A stretch of 62,957 nt of DNA, counting the filler, from Olpidium bornovanus S191 (lineage: Eukaryota; Fungi; Olpidiomycota): the NCBI GenBank assembly GCA_017911155.1. It is 30 parts of 30 records of this genome, joined end to end, with 100 filler letters (N's around TTAATTAATTAA, not from the genome) between each part and the next. Parts side by side here need not be neighbours in the genome. Positions count along the whole stretch, not along the records: positions 1 to 2,174 come from JAEFCI010001453.1; positions 2,275 to 3,588 come from JAEFCI010002009.1; positions 3,689 to 5,808 come from JAEFCI010010089.1; positions 5,909 to 7,459 come from JAEFCI010010060.1; positions 7,560 to 9,238 come from JAEFCI010005421.1; positions 9,339 to 10,611 come from JAEFCI010012234.1; positions 10,712 to 11,963 come from JAEFCI010004309.1; positions 12,064 to 14,493 come from JAEFCI010001055.1; 22 more parts are not named here. One strand, 5' to 3'. The notes below the pieces were generated by a model. That model was not told the DNA's origin, did not search any database, and was given only the letters and a program-made list of their open reading frames with translations. Numbering within the stretch: the stretch's first letter is position 1; each line of letters begins with the position of its first letter. Shown here piece after piece: positions 1 to 15,625 of the stretch. Position numbers and translations under genes: made by a program.

Positions 1-2129
<2,129 letters not shown>

Positions 2130-2174
2130 CTGCAAACGCGTGGCAATCCGCCGGGGGGGGGGGGGGGGGGGGGG

Positions 2175-2274
2175 NNNNNNNNNNNNNNNNNNNNNNNNNN
2201 NNNNNNNNNNNNNNNNNNTTAATTAATTAANNNNNNNNNNNNNNNNNNNNNNNNNNNNNNNNNNNNNNNNNNNN
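2175..2274. other. Artificial contig-joining linker (first of 29 identical 100-bp spacers)
   Basis: 44 N + TTAATTAATTAA (stops in all six frames) + 44 N. It recurs starting at 3589, 5809, 7460, 9239, 10612, 11964, 14494, 16824, 18597, 20404, 22255, 25533, 28007, 30597, 32621, 35079, 36485, 37609, 38941, 40174, 41610, 45395, 47267, 49631, 52729, 56541, 57646 and 60117. Confidence 0.99.
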
Positions 2275-2359
2275 GCGCGAATCAGATCCTCCGCCGGCGC
2301 AACCGGGGACCAAAACCCCGAAAGGCGTCCGAGACACTGCGGCAAACGGAGGATTCATA

Positions 2360-3232
2360 CGTGGAGCGATGGCGTGCTGCAAGTAATCGTCCATGGTCGC
2401 TGGCAGAGTCTGGGTCGGGGCATGACAAATGATGATGACCGTGCCGACGACGCACTGGAAACACGCCACCTTCCCCGTCATCGGGAGTTTCTCTTTCAGG
2501 AAAATGTCTGCCAAGGTGGCGCTTGGCGTTTCAAGGGGGGGGGGGGGGGAAGGGGGTGGAGCAGCTTCCGTCAGCCCGCCGGACGGATGGTTTCCGACGA
2601 TCCCTGCCGGAACTCTTACTCTCCTTACCTGATCACGACCGACACCGCTCCGACCGGGGTGACAAGGAGCGCGGGGGCAAAAGCGTACGCCGCGAAGTTG
2701 AGGGCCTCGCCGATCGCCACTTGTCGCGCAAGTTCCGGACGCGTGGCGGCGGAGTGAGCCCTCGCGGTAAAACGCAAGAAGAAAGGTGGTGCGGGGGGAG
2801 GGGGGGAGGGAGGGAGGGAAAGGTGGTGTTGGACTCGCGACTCGGGAGGCTCACGCAAGACAACGCCAGTCACCCAAACGGGTGATTTGTAGATTTGCGC
2901 CAGCCCGCCGCCGGCCTTGATGAGGCCCTTTTTCTTGAAGATAAACGCGACGCCAATGAAAGAAGCTGGGCGGTTTTGACGACGGGCAGTTCGACGACAG
3001 GCAGTCAGCGCGCGAAGTTCAACAACCCTTCCCACCCCTTCCCCTCCCCTCCCCCCCCATTACAGACACACACAACCCCTTCTCCTCTCCGCGTCGCCGC
3101 GGCTTGCCGGGGGAGGGGGCTACGAGGAGACCGCCGTCTCGCCGGCCAAACACACGCACCGCTGGCCAGGGCGAGAACAAGCCCGACCGCCCAGTCGCTC
3201 ACACTTCCGGGAGACGACGACGCGCCGGTCAT
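2360..3232 (-). CDS. NIPA-family magnesium transporter, 5' part, multi-exon
   Basis: WAVGLVLALASG, GVAFIFKKKGL, YKSPVWVTG, IGEALNFAAYAFAPALLVTPVGAVSVVI and FLKEKLPMTGKVACFQCVVGTVIIICHAP are Mg_trans_NIPA hallmarks. Confidence 0.93.
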
Positions 3233-3531
3233 CGTGTCTGCGGCGCAAAGCTTTCCCTTTCCGGGGGGTGTGGGCGGGGCGGCGACGGCGCGGCGCGCGT
3301 GCGGTTGGAAGGAAGGAGGGGGCCGGCGGGGGCTGCGGCCGCGCGCGCCCGGCTGAAAGGGGCTGAGAGGAAAAGGCGGGTGGCGGCGGCGGCGGCGGCG
3401 GCGAAGGGGGCGGATGCGCGGGGGGCCCGGGAAATCGGGGAATTTCCCCCGCGCCCGCGCCCCACCCGCACCCCGCCCGCGTCCCGCCCGCGGCCCCCTC
3501 CCCGCTACCTTCTCCTCGGGCGGACACAAGG

Positions 3532-3567
<36 letters not shown>

Positions 3568-3689
3568 TTTAAAAAAAAAAAAAAAAAANNNNNNNNNNNN
3601 NNNNNNNNNNNNNNNNNNNNNNNNNNNNNNNNTTAATTAATTAANNNNNNNNNNNNNNNNNNNNNNNNNNNNNNNNNNNNNNNNNNNNC

Positions 3690-5751
3690 ATGAGCATCTT
3701 CAAACAGGCGCCCGGTGAGGCCCCTGACACTTGCATTACAATATACCAGAATCTGTCGGACGACGACCTTGGTCGGCATAGCCCCAACAACACATCAATT
3801 GAGAGGTCCATCAAAGCTTTTAAGAGAATCGGCGACAAGACCGACGATGGGCAGCCCAGCATCGCCGTTAAGGACCTTAGTCGGCGGTCGAACAGGAAAC
3901 TCGACATCAGACGGCCCGACCCGCCGCCACTACCTGACCCCAGCGTGGCTACGTTCGTCACGACAACCAGCACGAACAAAGTCAGAAAGACGCGGGAAGA
4001 CAGGATCCTTCCAAAAACAGAAAGACACTGGACGTCAGACAGAATGGTGTCGTTCCGAAATCTGCTGGCGCTTGTCAACACCCTTGTGCTTTCGTTGTCG
4101 ATAGCGGTCATCGGCGTGGTCGGCTACTTTTCTGGCATCGAATATTCTTCCCGTCACAGGATAGCGTTGGCCATGAACGCTGGCCAGTTAGTCTCCCGCG
4201 CACTGTCCGAAGCTTTCCATGAGATTGAACAGTTGGGCTTTTTCAGTGAGCCGATGTTTAACATCGACAACAAGACGCTTGATTCCGTGTATTTCGTTGG
4301 AAAGCATTTTTACGTCGCCTTCCAGCGCCCGTTGGGCATAAGACTAGAGAGATTATTTGCAGTCGACGACAGGGGACTGCTCAACGGCATCGGCATATAC
4401 CGGCTGGCTAACGGAATGCCCGACCCCGATCATCTCAGTTTCCAAGTTATTACGGCTTCCACCGTTCCCATGAAAGCAACGTTCCAACTGCCTGCCAATT
4501 GCGACGCCGTGTTACAGCAGTGTTTTCCCGATCTCAACGCGAGAGCGTACGAGATGTCGTACGAAGACGTCAAGGCCAAACCGTACTACTCTCTCGGACT
4601 GTCGTCGTCGACCGCTAGATACACCGGTATCTCCCCGATTAACTCCAACGGCGACCTGGGCCTGACGTTCGTCGTGCCCGTGCACACGTCGGGTTCCGCG
4701 GCGCACCGCATCGTGACCGGGGTTGACGTCACGCTCGAGGGGATTGCCGACTACCTCAAATCGCTCGCGAAGAACTTCACCTTCGAGCGGTCGCATTCCT
4801 CTTCGCGCGCCGCGGCGAAGATTTACATCGCGGAGCGGGCCACTGGGAACCTCGTCGCGACTTCGGAAAACGACGCCCCTTATGCCGCGACCGTCGACGG
4901 CAGGCAGGAGAGGCTGCGCGCCGCCGACTCCCCGGACCCCGGCACCAGAAAACTGGCCGGCCTCCTGGCGGGGCAGGACGGCGGCGGCGGCGGGCAGCCC
5001 GTCGAGCTCGCGCGCGAGAGCTCGGGCGGGGTGGTCGCCGTGGTTCCGTTCCAGATCGGAAACGACGTCGATTGGGTGATAACGTTGGATGCGCCGTACA
5101 ACGTGTTCGCGGTAATTTCGTCCACCGCTTACATCTCGAGCCTCCTCCTAACTGGGGCCGTTGTCCTGGTTACGTCGCTGATATCCAGCTATCTTGTGAC
5201 GCGGGCCATCGGCCAGCGGCTGAAAACGACGGCGATGCAGCTGATGGACATTGCGGAGCTGAACTTTGACTCGCCCACGAACCCCCGCCGCTGCAGCGCG
5301 TTCTCGTCCCGGACCTCGATGTCCAACCGCCTCCGCCTGTATCGGAACACGAGCGGCGAGACGCGCCGGCGCCGCCACTGCATGCCGTCGTTTGAACTAA
5401 AAGAGGTCAAGTACATCCAGGCCGCTATGTCTTCCATGACGACGGGCCTAAAATCGTTTAGCAAATACGTGCCGCTGGATGTCGTGACTTTATTGGTGAA
5501 GATGCAAAGAGAAGCGGTACTTGGGGTGGACGAAACGGACCTGACGGTAGGTCATGTGTGCGTTTTCCGTTACCGCTCCTTCGTCGCCGTCTCCCCTGTC
5601 GAGTGAACGAGACAAAAGTGCACCTGAAGTGCGAATCCTTTTTATTTTTGGCCAAAACAAAATAATCTTTCCAGATCTTCTTCAGCGACATTGCAAATTT
5701 CACGACTATATCCGAACAAATGACCCCGGCTAATCTGGTAACGCTGATGAG
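3690..5751 (+). CDS. Two-TM receptor nucleotide cyclase: TM1-dCache-like-TM2-HAMP-class III adenylate/guanylate cyclase (partial)
   Basis: Exon 3690-5546 has TM1 (LVNTLVLSLSIAVIGVVGY), a Cache-like region (TFVVPV...GVDVTLEGIADYL...IYIAERATGNLVATS), TM2 and a HAMP-like LKEVKYIQAAMSSMTTGLKSFSKYVP. A GT-AG intron (5547-5674) leads to exon 5675-5751, IFFSDIANFTTISEQMTPANLV, the start of the cyclase domain. Confidence 0.85.
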
Positions 5752-6111
5752 GTGCGTTTTATGTACTTGCATTTTTCCCACCCTCACGCCCACTGCGGGA
5801 GAACCATGNNNNNNNNNNNNNNNNNNNNNNNNNNNNNNNNNNNNNNNNNNNNTTAATTAATTAANNNNNNNNNNNNNNNNNNNNNNNNNNNNNNNNNNNN
5901 NNNNNNNNACGAAATAGCCAACGTGAATCTCGGAAATCGGAAAAAAAAAAGAAAAAAGAAAACAGCAAGTTTTCTGTCGCCGCCTCGTTTTGGCTTTCGT
6001 ATATAAAGACTCGGAGGCCGCTGACATGAGAGGTAATCTCTGGGCAGCTTATGCAAAGGACCGGCCGCCCCCCCCCCGCTTAAGAAAATAACAACAATAA
6101 TTCAAACTCAC

Positions 6112-7343
<1,232 letters not shown>

Positions 7344-7397
7344 TCAGACTCGGCGCATGCACCCGGGGGGGGGGGGGGGGGGGGGGGGACCCCCCGG

Positions 7398-7435
<38 letters not shown>

Positions 7436-9215
7436 CCCCCGAGGAATAGAAGAAGATTCNNNNNNNNNNNNNNNNNNNNNNNNNNNNNNNNNNNNNNNNN
7501 NNNTTAATTAATTAANNNNNNNNNNNNNNNNNNNNNNNNNNNNNNNNNNNNNNNNNNNNCATGGCATTTACCTTACTGGCTTGTGAGTTTGGCATTGCGA
7601 AATTCCGCAGATGACTGGGGTTTCGACAAACGTTCTGCTGACCAAATTTAAAAAAAATGCAGACATTTCGCTCCTTCGGATGGCGAGAAAAGCGGCGCGG
7701 AGCGCCTCCCGGACTGATCGGAGCCTCCGAAGGCTTCGCGAGCTTGCAAGGTCGATTCCTGACACCGGGGTGTCCTGAATGGCTTGTCCGGAGGCAGCAC
7801 ATTTTTGTTTTTCTGGCCTCCAAACCGGCATTTTATTACCTTTTTGCACGCATCGAAAACACACCCGGATGCAGCCTGACGCGTGCTCGGGCGTTTGCCG
7901 AAGAGAAGCGGCACTCCAACGCTCAATCTGTCACACGCCACCCGTTTGCAGGCACATTACATTGCAGTTGGTCGGCATTTTGTTGCCGGCGCGTTGCATT
8001 GGCGTGCGGCTCCGGTTATTTCTCGTCATTTTGCGGACAGTTTCCTCCGCACGACGTTTTGCGCAACTTTGTGACTGTGAAGGTTCAGCGTTGTTCCCCG
8101 GTGAGATGGCGCGCAACGTGCTGGGGAATTGTGTTGTGTCCGCAGCCGCTTTGGGCGGCCGGGAAAATTTTACAGTTAGCCACTCCGCGCTGGCTTAGTG
8201 GGCTTTAACCGCGCGCAAGTCGGATTCGGGCAAGGCAGGACTACGCCGGCAGTCGAAAACGCCTGGCTTGCCACTCAGTACGGCTTTTTGCGTGAACCTG
8301 AATTGCGGGTTGTGACTTTGGCTGGCGCCATCGCCTAAACTTCGAAATCAACGCTGTGCAAATTCGACGCCGTGCAAAGCGGTTTCTATTTTCTTTCGCT
8401 GTTCCGCGTTGTGTGTGCTGAGTGAGGGCGAACTTGCTACGCGTGACAAAATCCGCCCTAAGTTATTTGAAACCAAGGTAATAAAAATTATGTCGCCAAC
8501 GTTATGGCTGGAAAAACGCTCAATACACTCCGTCCCCAGTGCCCAGGACAAACCGTGGCACCTTTAAACTTGGCGCTTTGCGAACAAATGCCCTCCGCGG
8601 CCCACCTCAAAGCAGACCGGGTTACCGACCTGAGGCTGACCTTTGGCTCCGCCGGTCAGCGCTTGGAAAAGGGGGTTGGGAGAACGGGCTCTGGGACAGG
8701 CGTGCGCCGATGGATCCGGCGGCGGTGTTTTGAGTTGATTGTCCGCGGGGTCCCGCGCGGCAGTTCCTAAGGTTCCACGATCACAGGAACGGTCGAGTGC
8801 GCAGCCGTACCTCATCTGGCGCTTGTCGTACGCGCGCTCGCGTGCTTGTTCATGGTCGCGGCATTGGTGCGTGCGCAATCACTTGTTGTTTCGCGCACTT
8901 TCGCGCGTTCTTCGGGCGGACTGGTCGCGTGACAGCCCGGACTCCAAACGCGTGCTTACCACGGCCTGTGCCGGTCAAATTCCGCGGTTCGCGGGTCGAA
9001 AATGATTCGGAATGAGACAGCCGCATGGGAAGTCCGGCGCAGAGGTCAAGTGAATTCGTGGCACAGCCACACAGGCAGTCTGTTGCGCGTTGGCGTTTCT
9101 TTGTTTTTACGACACGGCATGGTGTCCTGCGCTCTTACAACGCAAAGCAAGCACAGGAGAGAAACTACGGGGATTAATGGGAGACCGAACGTCGCAAATT
9201 GCAACTGGCGTCAGC

Positions 9216-9238
9216 GGGCGTTTAGCTCAGTTGGATAG
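9216..9238 (+). tRNA. 5' fragment of a tRNA gene truncated by the contig end (possibly Arg)
   Basis: GGGCGTT-TA-GCTC-AGTTGGATAG is an acceptor 5' strand, D-stem and D-loop with A20-like residue. The anticodon is not sequenced. Confidence 0.7.
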
Positions 9239-9339
9239 NNNNNNNNNNNNNNNNNNNNNNNNNNNNNNNNNNNNNNNNNNNNTTAATTAATTAANNNNNN
9301 NNNNNNNNNNNNNNNNNNNNNNNNNNNNNNNNNNNNNNC

Positions 9340-10287
9340 ATGCGGCTTATGCAGCACGAGGGCTCCTCGCCGACGCCTGGTATGTATGTGGCTATGCTCA
9401 GAGTGCTGAACAGATGCCAGGGACCGGTATCCGTTATGCGGCACTATCGACGGCTACGGAGCGAGCGCGTCCACAAGCCAACCCATTCGGAGGTAGTACA
9501 GCTCATCATGATGATGCATTACGGGAAGGGCGGCGATTTACGGCGGTTTGTGGAGGAGCTGAGGGAGATGGGATACCGCATAACGTCCGAGGAACTGACG
9601 GAGAATGTAAAGCTGGCGTTCCACTGCCAAAACATGCTTGGGCCGGTAATCGTTTATCTGGATATCATGCGCTTGTTCGATGCCCGGCTAAACGAAGAGG
9701 CTTACGAGTTCCTGCTGGCGGCGTGCTCGTGGTACATGTGCTGGGAGACTCCAGAGCGACGGGACACCCCAGCCGGACGAACAACGATCCGGGCGTCGAA
9801 AGAACCGCAGGATCGAAGAAGGCGCCGGTTGTTCTTTGCAATCGACCGGACCTCGACATGCGATGACCGCCGCGCGGCTGGGGATTTTGTCAAGTCGCTG
9901 TTCCGCGACATGGCCGCCTCGGGCGGGTTTGCGCGGCCGACGGCGAAGATGTACCGGTACGCCGCGGCGACACTAGTCGCTGCCCGCGATTGGACCGGCT
10001 GCGACGAGCTCCTCCTTGACGCCCGCCAGCAGGGCCGGCCGCTTGACGAGGTCATGGACGGGCCGACGCGCGACTTACTGACCGACGCCGTCGGCCTTGC
10101 GGAGCGCGCGGGGTTGACAGCAGCCGACAAGCGGGCCGCGAGAATCTTTGGCGACTCGGCATCCGTGTTCAGGCCGTCCCGCTCCGGTGGACTTGCACCG
10201 CTTTCCGACACCGCGTTTTCCGACGCAGGATGGATGGTCGTCGAGGACGATCCGGGACAAGGGGATTTGTGCTCCTCTGCGGGATGA
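9340..10287 (+). CDS. Pentatricopeptide-repeat-like protein, C-terminal part
   Basis: 315-aa open frame with PPR-like helical motifs: PTPGMYVAMLRVLNRCQG, LNEEAYEFLLAACS, RPTAKMYRYAAATLVAARDWTGCDELLLDARQQG. Confidence 0.7.
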   Translation: MRLMQHEGSSPTPGMYVAMLRVLNRCQGPVSVMRHYRRLRSERVHKPTHSEVVQLIMMMHYGKGGDLRRFVEELREMGYRITSEELTENVKLAFHCQNMLGPVIVYLDIMRLFDARLNEEAYEFLLAACSWYMCWETPERRDTPAGRTTIRASKEPQDRRRRRLFFAIDRTSTCDDRRAAGDFVKSLFRDMAASGGFARPTAKMYRYAAATLVAARDWTGCDELLLDARQQGRPLDEVMDGPTRDLLTDAVGLAERAGLTAADKRAARIFGDSASVFRPSRSGGLAPLSDTAFSDAGWMVVEDDPGQGDLCSSAG

Positions 10288-12063
10288 GAGAGAGAAGTAG
10301 CCGGTCTCCGGCGAAAAGGGAAGTGCCAGTGACTGGCTGCCTGTCCTTCCTGACGCTCTGAAGAAAGCCCTCCGAGAGGCGGTCAGGCTTTGAATGACTA
10401 GAGTTATCATTCCATCTTTTGTTTGCGAAGCTAGCATCTGCTTTTCCGCGGCGTTCATACAAACTCATGTACTGTATAAGTTCCCATAGTCATGCTTCCT
10501 CCATTAAGACTTGAGAGGACGGACTAGGTGGCGTCTGAAGGATATCAGATGGTAATTCTGAGTACCGTTACTACCTCTTCGCCAGCAAACGCACAAGGGA
10601 TAATCGGTTGCNNNNNNNNNNNNNNNNNNNNNNNNNNNNNNNNNNNNNNNNNNNNTTAATTAATTAANNNNNNNNNNNNNNNNNNNNNNNNNNNNNNNNN
10701 NNNNNNNNNNNAAACCAAATGTCTCCCTTTGTCTTGAATGGGAAGCACGGCGCTGCCTCACCCTGTTCAATCCAGGGCGATGATGCCGAGAAGAAGAACG
10801 AGCAGTCAAGTGATTTTTTTGCCGGTGACATGCTGCGGGATGAGGAGACTAACTCAGCGAAATGGTGCGTCAATTCTGGGAATTTCTTTGAGAATTCGCG
10901 GGGTGTTGAGCTAGGGGAAATGTAGCGCGCGCGGTGGAGGTGTATTGCACGCCCTCTTACTTCATCGATCACCTCACGGCCAAAGACACCCTGGTGCACA
11001 AATCCCGGCCCCAGGTGGGGGAAACTGCATGACCTCATGGGCGCGGCGGCGAAGACAGGACAGAGCGGGGGCACGGCGCGGAACGGAAATGCGTCGCACG
11101 TTCAAGGTTTATTGCGCAATTGATTTAACTATTATTTTTGGTGTTTGCGTCGCCCCCCACCGCGTCGCCCCCCACCGCGCTCTGCCAAACGGAATTCAAC
11201 GGCGGTGTCCGCCGGCAAAGGTTCGCGCGTGGCCCTTTTTTTTTTTTTTTGTCAAACGGAATAACTTGCGGAGCGCAGAGCGCCAAGGATAGAAGACGAT
11301 GATAAAGTGAGGGGGAGGCGGGCCTTTCAGCCTTCCAGATCGACGAGGTGTCGGGGGGGGGGAAACGCGCTTCCGTGCCGGCCGTCGAGAAGGGCTGACC
11401 GCCCGGGAGAGAGAGAGAGAGAAAAAGAGGGAGAGAGAGAGAGAGGAGAGAAAGAGAAAGAGAGCAATTTGTAGTACGCTTCAGGGCCCGGGCCCCAATT
11501 CTTCCTCCCTCCCCTCCTCCGCCTACTCTCCCCTCGGACGTGTCCTTTACAGCGCAACACCGCCCAGCCCGGGATTTTCTGCGTGCTTGTTGTTTCGCGC
11601 GGTGCGCGCACGGCCGCGCAGAGAAGAATTTGCCGCCCGCGCGCACCGGGATTTCGGCCCGCTGCAGGAAATTTTTCTCGGAATACACCCACACAAAAAA
11701 GTCGTTCGGCGGGCGGAGCGGAGCAAATCCTTTCTGCCACGCGGCGGCGGGAAGCGGGGGGGGGGGTGGAGGGGAAAGCGAGTCTGGCACAAAATCCGCG
11801 TTATTGCCGATCGCCACGGTGACGAAACGAAAAGCGGAACAGGAGGGGGAGGAAAAGGGGGGGGGGGGGGCGGGGGGCCCGGGATTAACCACCGCGGGGT
11901 ATACTTTTACGGTGAGCGGGGACCGAAAACGAGCGCCCCTCACTTGGGCTCCCCCACAGGATCNNNNNNNNNNNNNNNNNNNNNNNNNNNNNNNNNNNNN
12001 NNNNNNNTTAATTAATTAANNNNNNNNNNNNNNNNNNNNNNNNNNNNNNNNNNNNNNNNNNNN

Positions 12064-13914
12064 ACTAAACACCAATATCCTAGGTCGGTTCTGGTCCCTC
12101 TTCGTCAGGATCCCGCCCCTCTTCACGAAGTCCCTCGATTCCGGCATGGCGACAAGCACGTCTAGCATGGAGTCGAGCACCGACTGGGCTTTTACCATCT
12201 CCGGCGCTGTGCCGACGCCCAACGGGGACATGGAATATAAGGGCGCGTCCAGCAGCAGGCGGGAAGCGGTGTGAAGTGGGAGGCTGACTTCGGCCTGCAC
12301 GTTCCATTGGGCATGAATGCCGGGAAAAAGCGTGCGTACGAAATCGATGTCGTGGCACTTCGAGGGATCTGGCGGTTGATGATGTCCGGGTAACGGTTGA
12401 GGAGGAGATAAGCATATAAGAGATTCTACGGATTGGCAGAGACATGCTTTATTACCAAAGAGGCGTGGCTTCCGCGTATAGTACAACACGTCCGCAGGTG
12501 CTTCCCCTCCGGCCCGACCTCAACCGCTGAGCCAATTCGACTCACCACACGGCTTGAACCCGCAGCCAACAAGCTCTGCCAGCGACCGCGCGTTCAGCAC
12601 AAGTACGTCCGCCCGCAAGTTCTTGGCGACGTGCCTGCACATCTCCTCCATGATGCCGTCGGAACCGGGGGTCGAGCAGGTGAGGAGTACGTTGTAGCGC
12701 TCGTCACGGAGATGGGCTGCCAATGCAGCAGCCGCGGGCCCGCCGCTGTCGCCGCCCCTTCCATTGCCCGCGACGCTCCTGCTATTGCTATGATCCCAGC
12801 AAGGGTTGATATTCATTCCCGTGCGCAGGACGTGCTCCAGTTGGTCCCGAAAGGGCGCCGTGTGGTCCCACACCAACTGCGGTATCTCAGCAGCAGGGAG
12901 GGCCGCTCCGTCCGGGTCCGGCTGATGCCCGTGGCTGCGCGGCATCGAACTAAACCTCTCGACGTGTGTCGCAACGAATTCGTATACGTGCTCCCACGCG
13001 AAATCGCCTACAGATCCCGGTGACAAGAAAGACGGTGGTGGCGCCTCTTGCTCTGTCCTCGGGCGGGGCTGCGGCACTGCCGACGCGCCGTTGGAGATGC
13101 TGCCGTTACTGGTTGCGCCCTTGGCGCCGTGAGAGGGACGAGGTTTCGGGTTCAACGTCGATGTGCCGTGGTGAGCATTCTGGCTCGACGGAGAAGTCGC
13201 GGCGGTGGAATCGAGGCTTTCCGGCTGTTGCGCTGCTACTCCGTCTAGAGAGTGGGCGGTGTCATTTGCCAGCAGCCGTTCCGGGTTCGGAGCCACCTCT
13301 GACGTAACCTGCGATGTACGGGTGTTTTGTTTCCCGCAGCTGTTACCGGCGATGAAGCTGACACCTTCGCGGACGTCCTTTGCAGCACCCGCAGCTGCTC
13401 CCTTCTGGTGGTCCTTTGCGGAGCTAACGCCGCTGGCACCGCTGCCGGCGTTCCCCTTTCCGCCGGCATAACCTTCGTCGCCGGCGCAGTGCGTTCCTAA
13501 CCCACTATTGTCGCCGGCTGCCCTGCTGTTCCCCCTGCTGTTGGCGGCCCCGTTGCTGTCGCTCGACATGAGTCTCACGTTCGGAGCTGCGCGCCTCGTC
13601 ATCAAAGGCGGCCGCATCGGTTGACTCGATGCAAAACGGTAAAGTCGACGGCATCTAGCCAAGCAGGAGGCGACGCTCTCCCCTCTCTCTGTTGCAATCG
13701 CCCACGCGACCGCAGTATCTGCCGGCGGCGGCGCCCGCGATGCCGAGCCAACGGGCCCGGCGGCGCGGTGCGCACAGGGACTGCTGAAGAGTCCCCTGTG
13801 CGACGGCAGCAGCGACGGCACAGCCGAGCGCTGGCAGCAGCAGCAGTATCCGCGGTGCTGGCTGCGCGGCAGTGCTCTGGACGGGCGGCAGCTCCGGAGC
13901 TGGCGGAGGGCCAT
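12064..13914 (-). CDS. Probable mitochondrial AAA-family ATPase, N-terminal part
   Basis: Arg/Ser-rich acid-free presequence-like N terminus (MALRQLRSCRPSRAL...), a long low-complexity linker, then NVLLTCSTPGSDGIMEEMCRHVAKNLRADVLVLNARSL and RPRILVF, resembling the degenerate first AAA module of fungal Msp1/ATAD1-related proteins. The catalytic AAA domain is not in the contig. Confidence 0.6.
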
Positions 13915-15185
13915 GCTGTCCGTCTGCGTCTCTCGTCGGGCGAGTCGGGTTGCCACTCCTGGCGGCTGCGGGGAAATTGTTTCACGAGGGGCCGCGTTAC
14001 GCGTGCTGGGTGCCGCGATTCCCTTGGGACGCGACGTCCCAGTGCGTAAAATTGATCGAGCCGGGTGATGAAATTGGCGGCGGCGCGCAACCGGCGAGCT
14101 CTCATACACCAGACATCTCTCATCTCACAGGGATTTCGCATGCGAAAGCAACTTTCAACCAATTTTCTTTTTGTTGATTCTTCTTGAATTGTCACACCAA
14201 CTGCCTGCCATTTTCATGCGGTCATCATCGACCAGACAGCGATCTTTAACCCTACCTCCAGGATTCAAGTTGCGTACGGCGCTCGAACTGCGGCACCACA
14301 GAGGTCGTAACAACGGACAGCAGTAACATGTACGTCAAGGCCCCGGACCTGCGCAAATCACCGGAGTTTGAGCATGAAGGGCTCGCCACCTCGACAAGTT
14401 AAATTCCGGCCTGGGTTCAAATCGGTTTTATTAACCATTTATTTCGAATGTAGAATATCGTTCACTAATTCGTAGGTTGCACTGTCCAGGAGANNNNNNN
14501 NNNNNNNNNNNNNNNNNNNNNNNNNNNNNNNNNNNNNTTAATTAATTAANNNNNNNNNNNNNNNNNNNNNNNNNNNNNNNNNNNNNNNNNNNNAACGTGC
14601 AGCAGAAACAAGCAAAAAAATGGCAGAACGGCATTGAGACCTGCAACAGAAACAAGCAAAAAGAAAAGGCGGGAAAAGGCGGGCATTGAGAACCAAATAC
14701 CCTAATCCTTCATGCAGTCCGAGATCAAGATTTTTCGTCTGTCCCGCAAGTTTGCGGAACAGGGCGCGAGCCCTCCTCTTCACCGAGGGCGGGCGTGGGG
14801 AAGCGGTAAGGGGGACACAACAGCCCCCACACACCCCATTCGTAATACAGCCTCGCCCCTCCCCCCCCCCCACCGCACCTACCCAAACCCAGTTCCACAA
14901 AATGAAAAAAGAGCGCAAAAGGCACGTTAACCGCGCGAAAGCGAAAGTGGTACGATAACCGCGCGAATTGCGCTCGAAACCCCGAGAGATCCAAAAGCGC
15001 AAAAGCGAGATAATGAGAGAGAGAGGGAGAAAGAGCGAAAGAGAGAGAGAGAGAGAGCGAGAGACTGACAAAATAGGCAACTGGATCCCACGTCCCCTTT
15101 CTTCTTACCCCGCTCCTCTTTCCGTGGCGGCAAGCGCGCCCCACCCAGGATAGGAAGTGGCGGGGGAAGATGGCTAGACCGATCC

Positions 15186-15346
15186 GGTAGGCTGGCTGGT
15201 TTATGGTAGATCTCGCTTCCCACCTCCTTTCTCTCCGAGACAGGCTTTTTCTCTTAGCCCTAACCCGCGCGGGTAAGCTGGCTGGTTTATGGTAAATCTC
15301 GCTTCCCACCTCCTTTCTCTCCCGAGACAGGCTTTTCTCTCAGCCC
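15186..15346. repeat. Tandem duplication, about 86-bp period, near-identical
   Basis: GCTGGCTGGTTTATGGTA(G/A)ATCTCGCTTCCCACCTCCTTTCTCTCC occurs twice. Confidence 0.9.
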
Positions 15347-15625
15347 CCCCCCGCCCCCTCACCTCCGTGTCTGTCTCTGTTGTTTAGATGTAACGTTTAT
15401 GAATGATACAACACCCACCCCGCGCGTACACTCTTCCCCTTAGAACACAACAGCAAACGACAACTTTTTGATAAGTTTTATCAACGCGTCGAGGACGAGT
15501 GGAACCCCCCCGGGGGTCCCCACCCCCCCCTCTCCCCGCCTCTCCCGACATCTCAACTGCTGCGCCCCCGCGCTGGGGGGTAAGGGGGGGGGAGTGGGGT
15601 GGTGGTGGTGGGGAAGGCCGATTTA

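Noticed and set aside
3689-5808. Cyclase contig as bacterial contamination
   Set aside because: The cyclase domain is split by a canonical GT-AG intron with in-frame exon joining, and a second GT donor follows.
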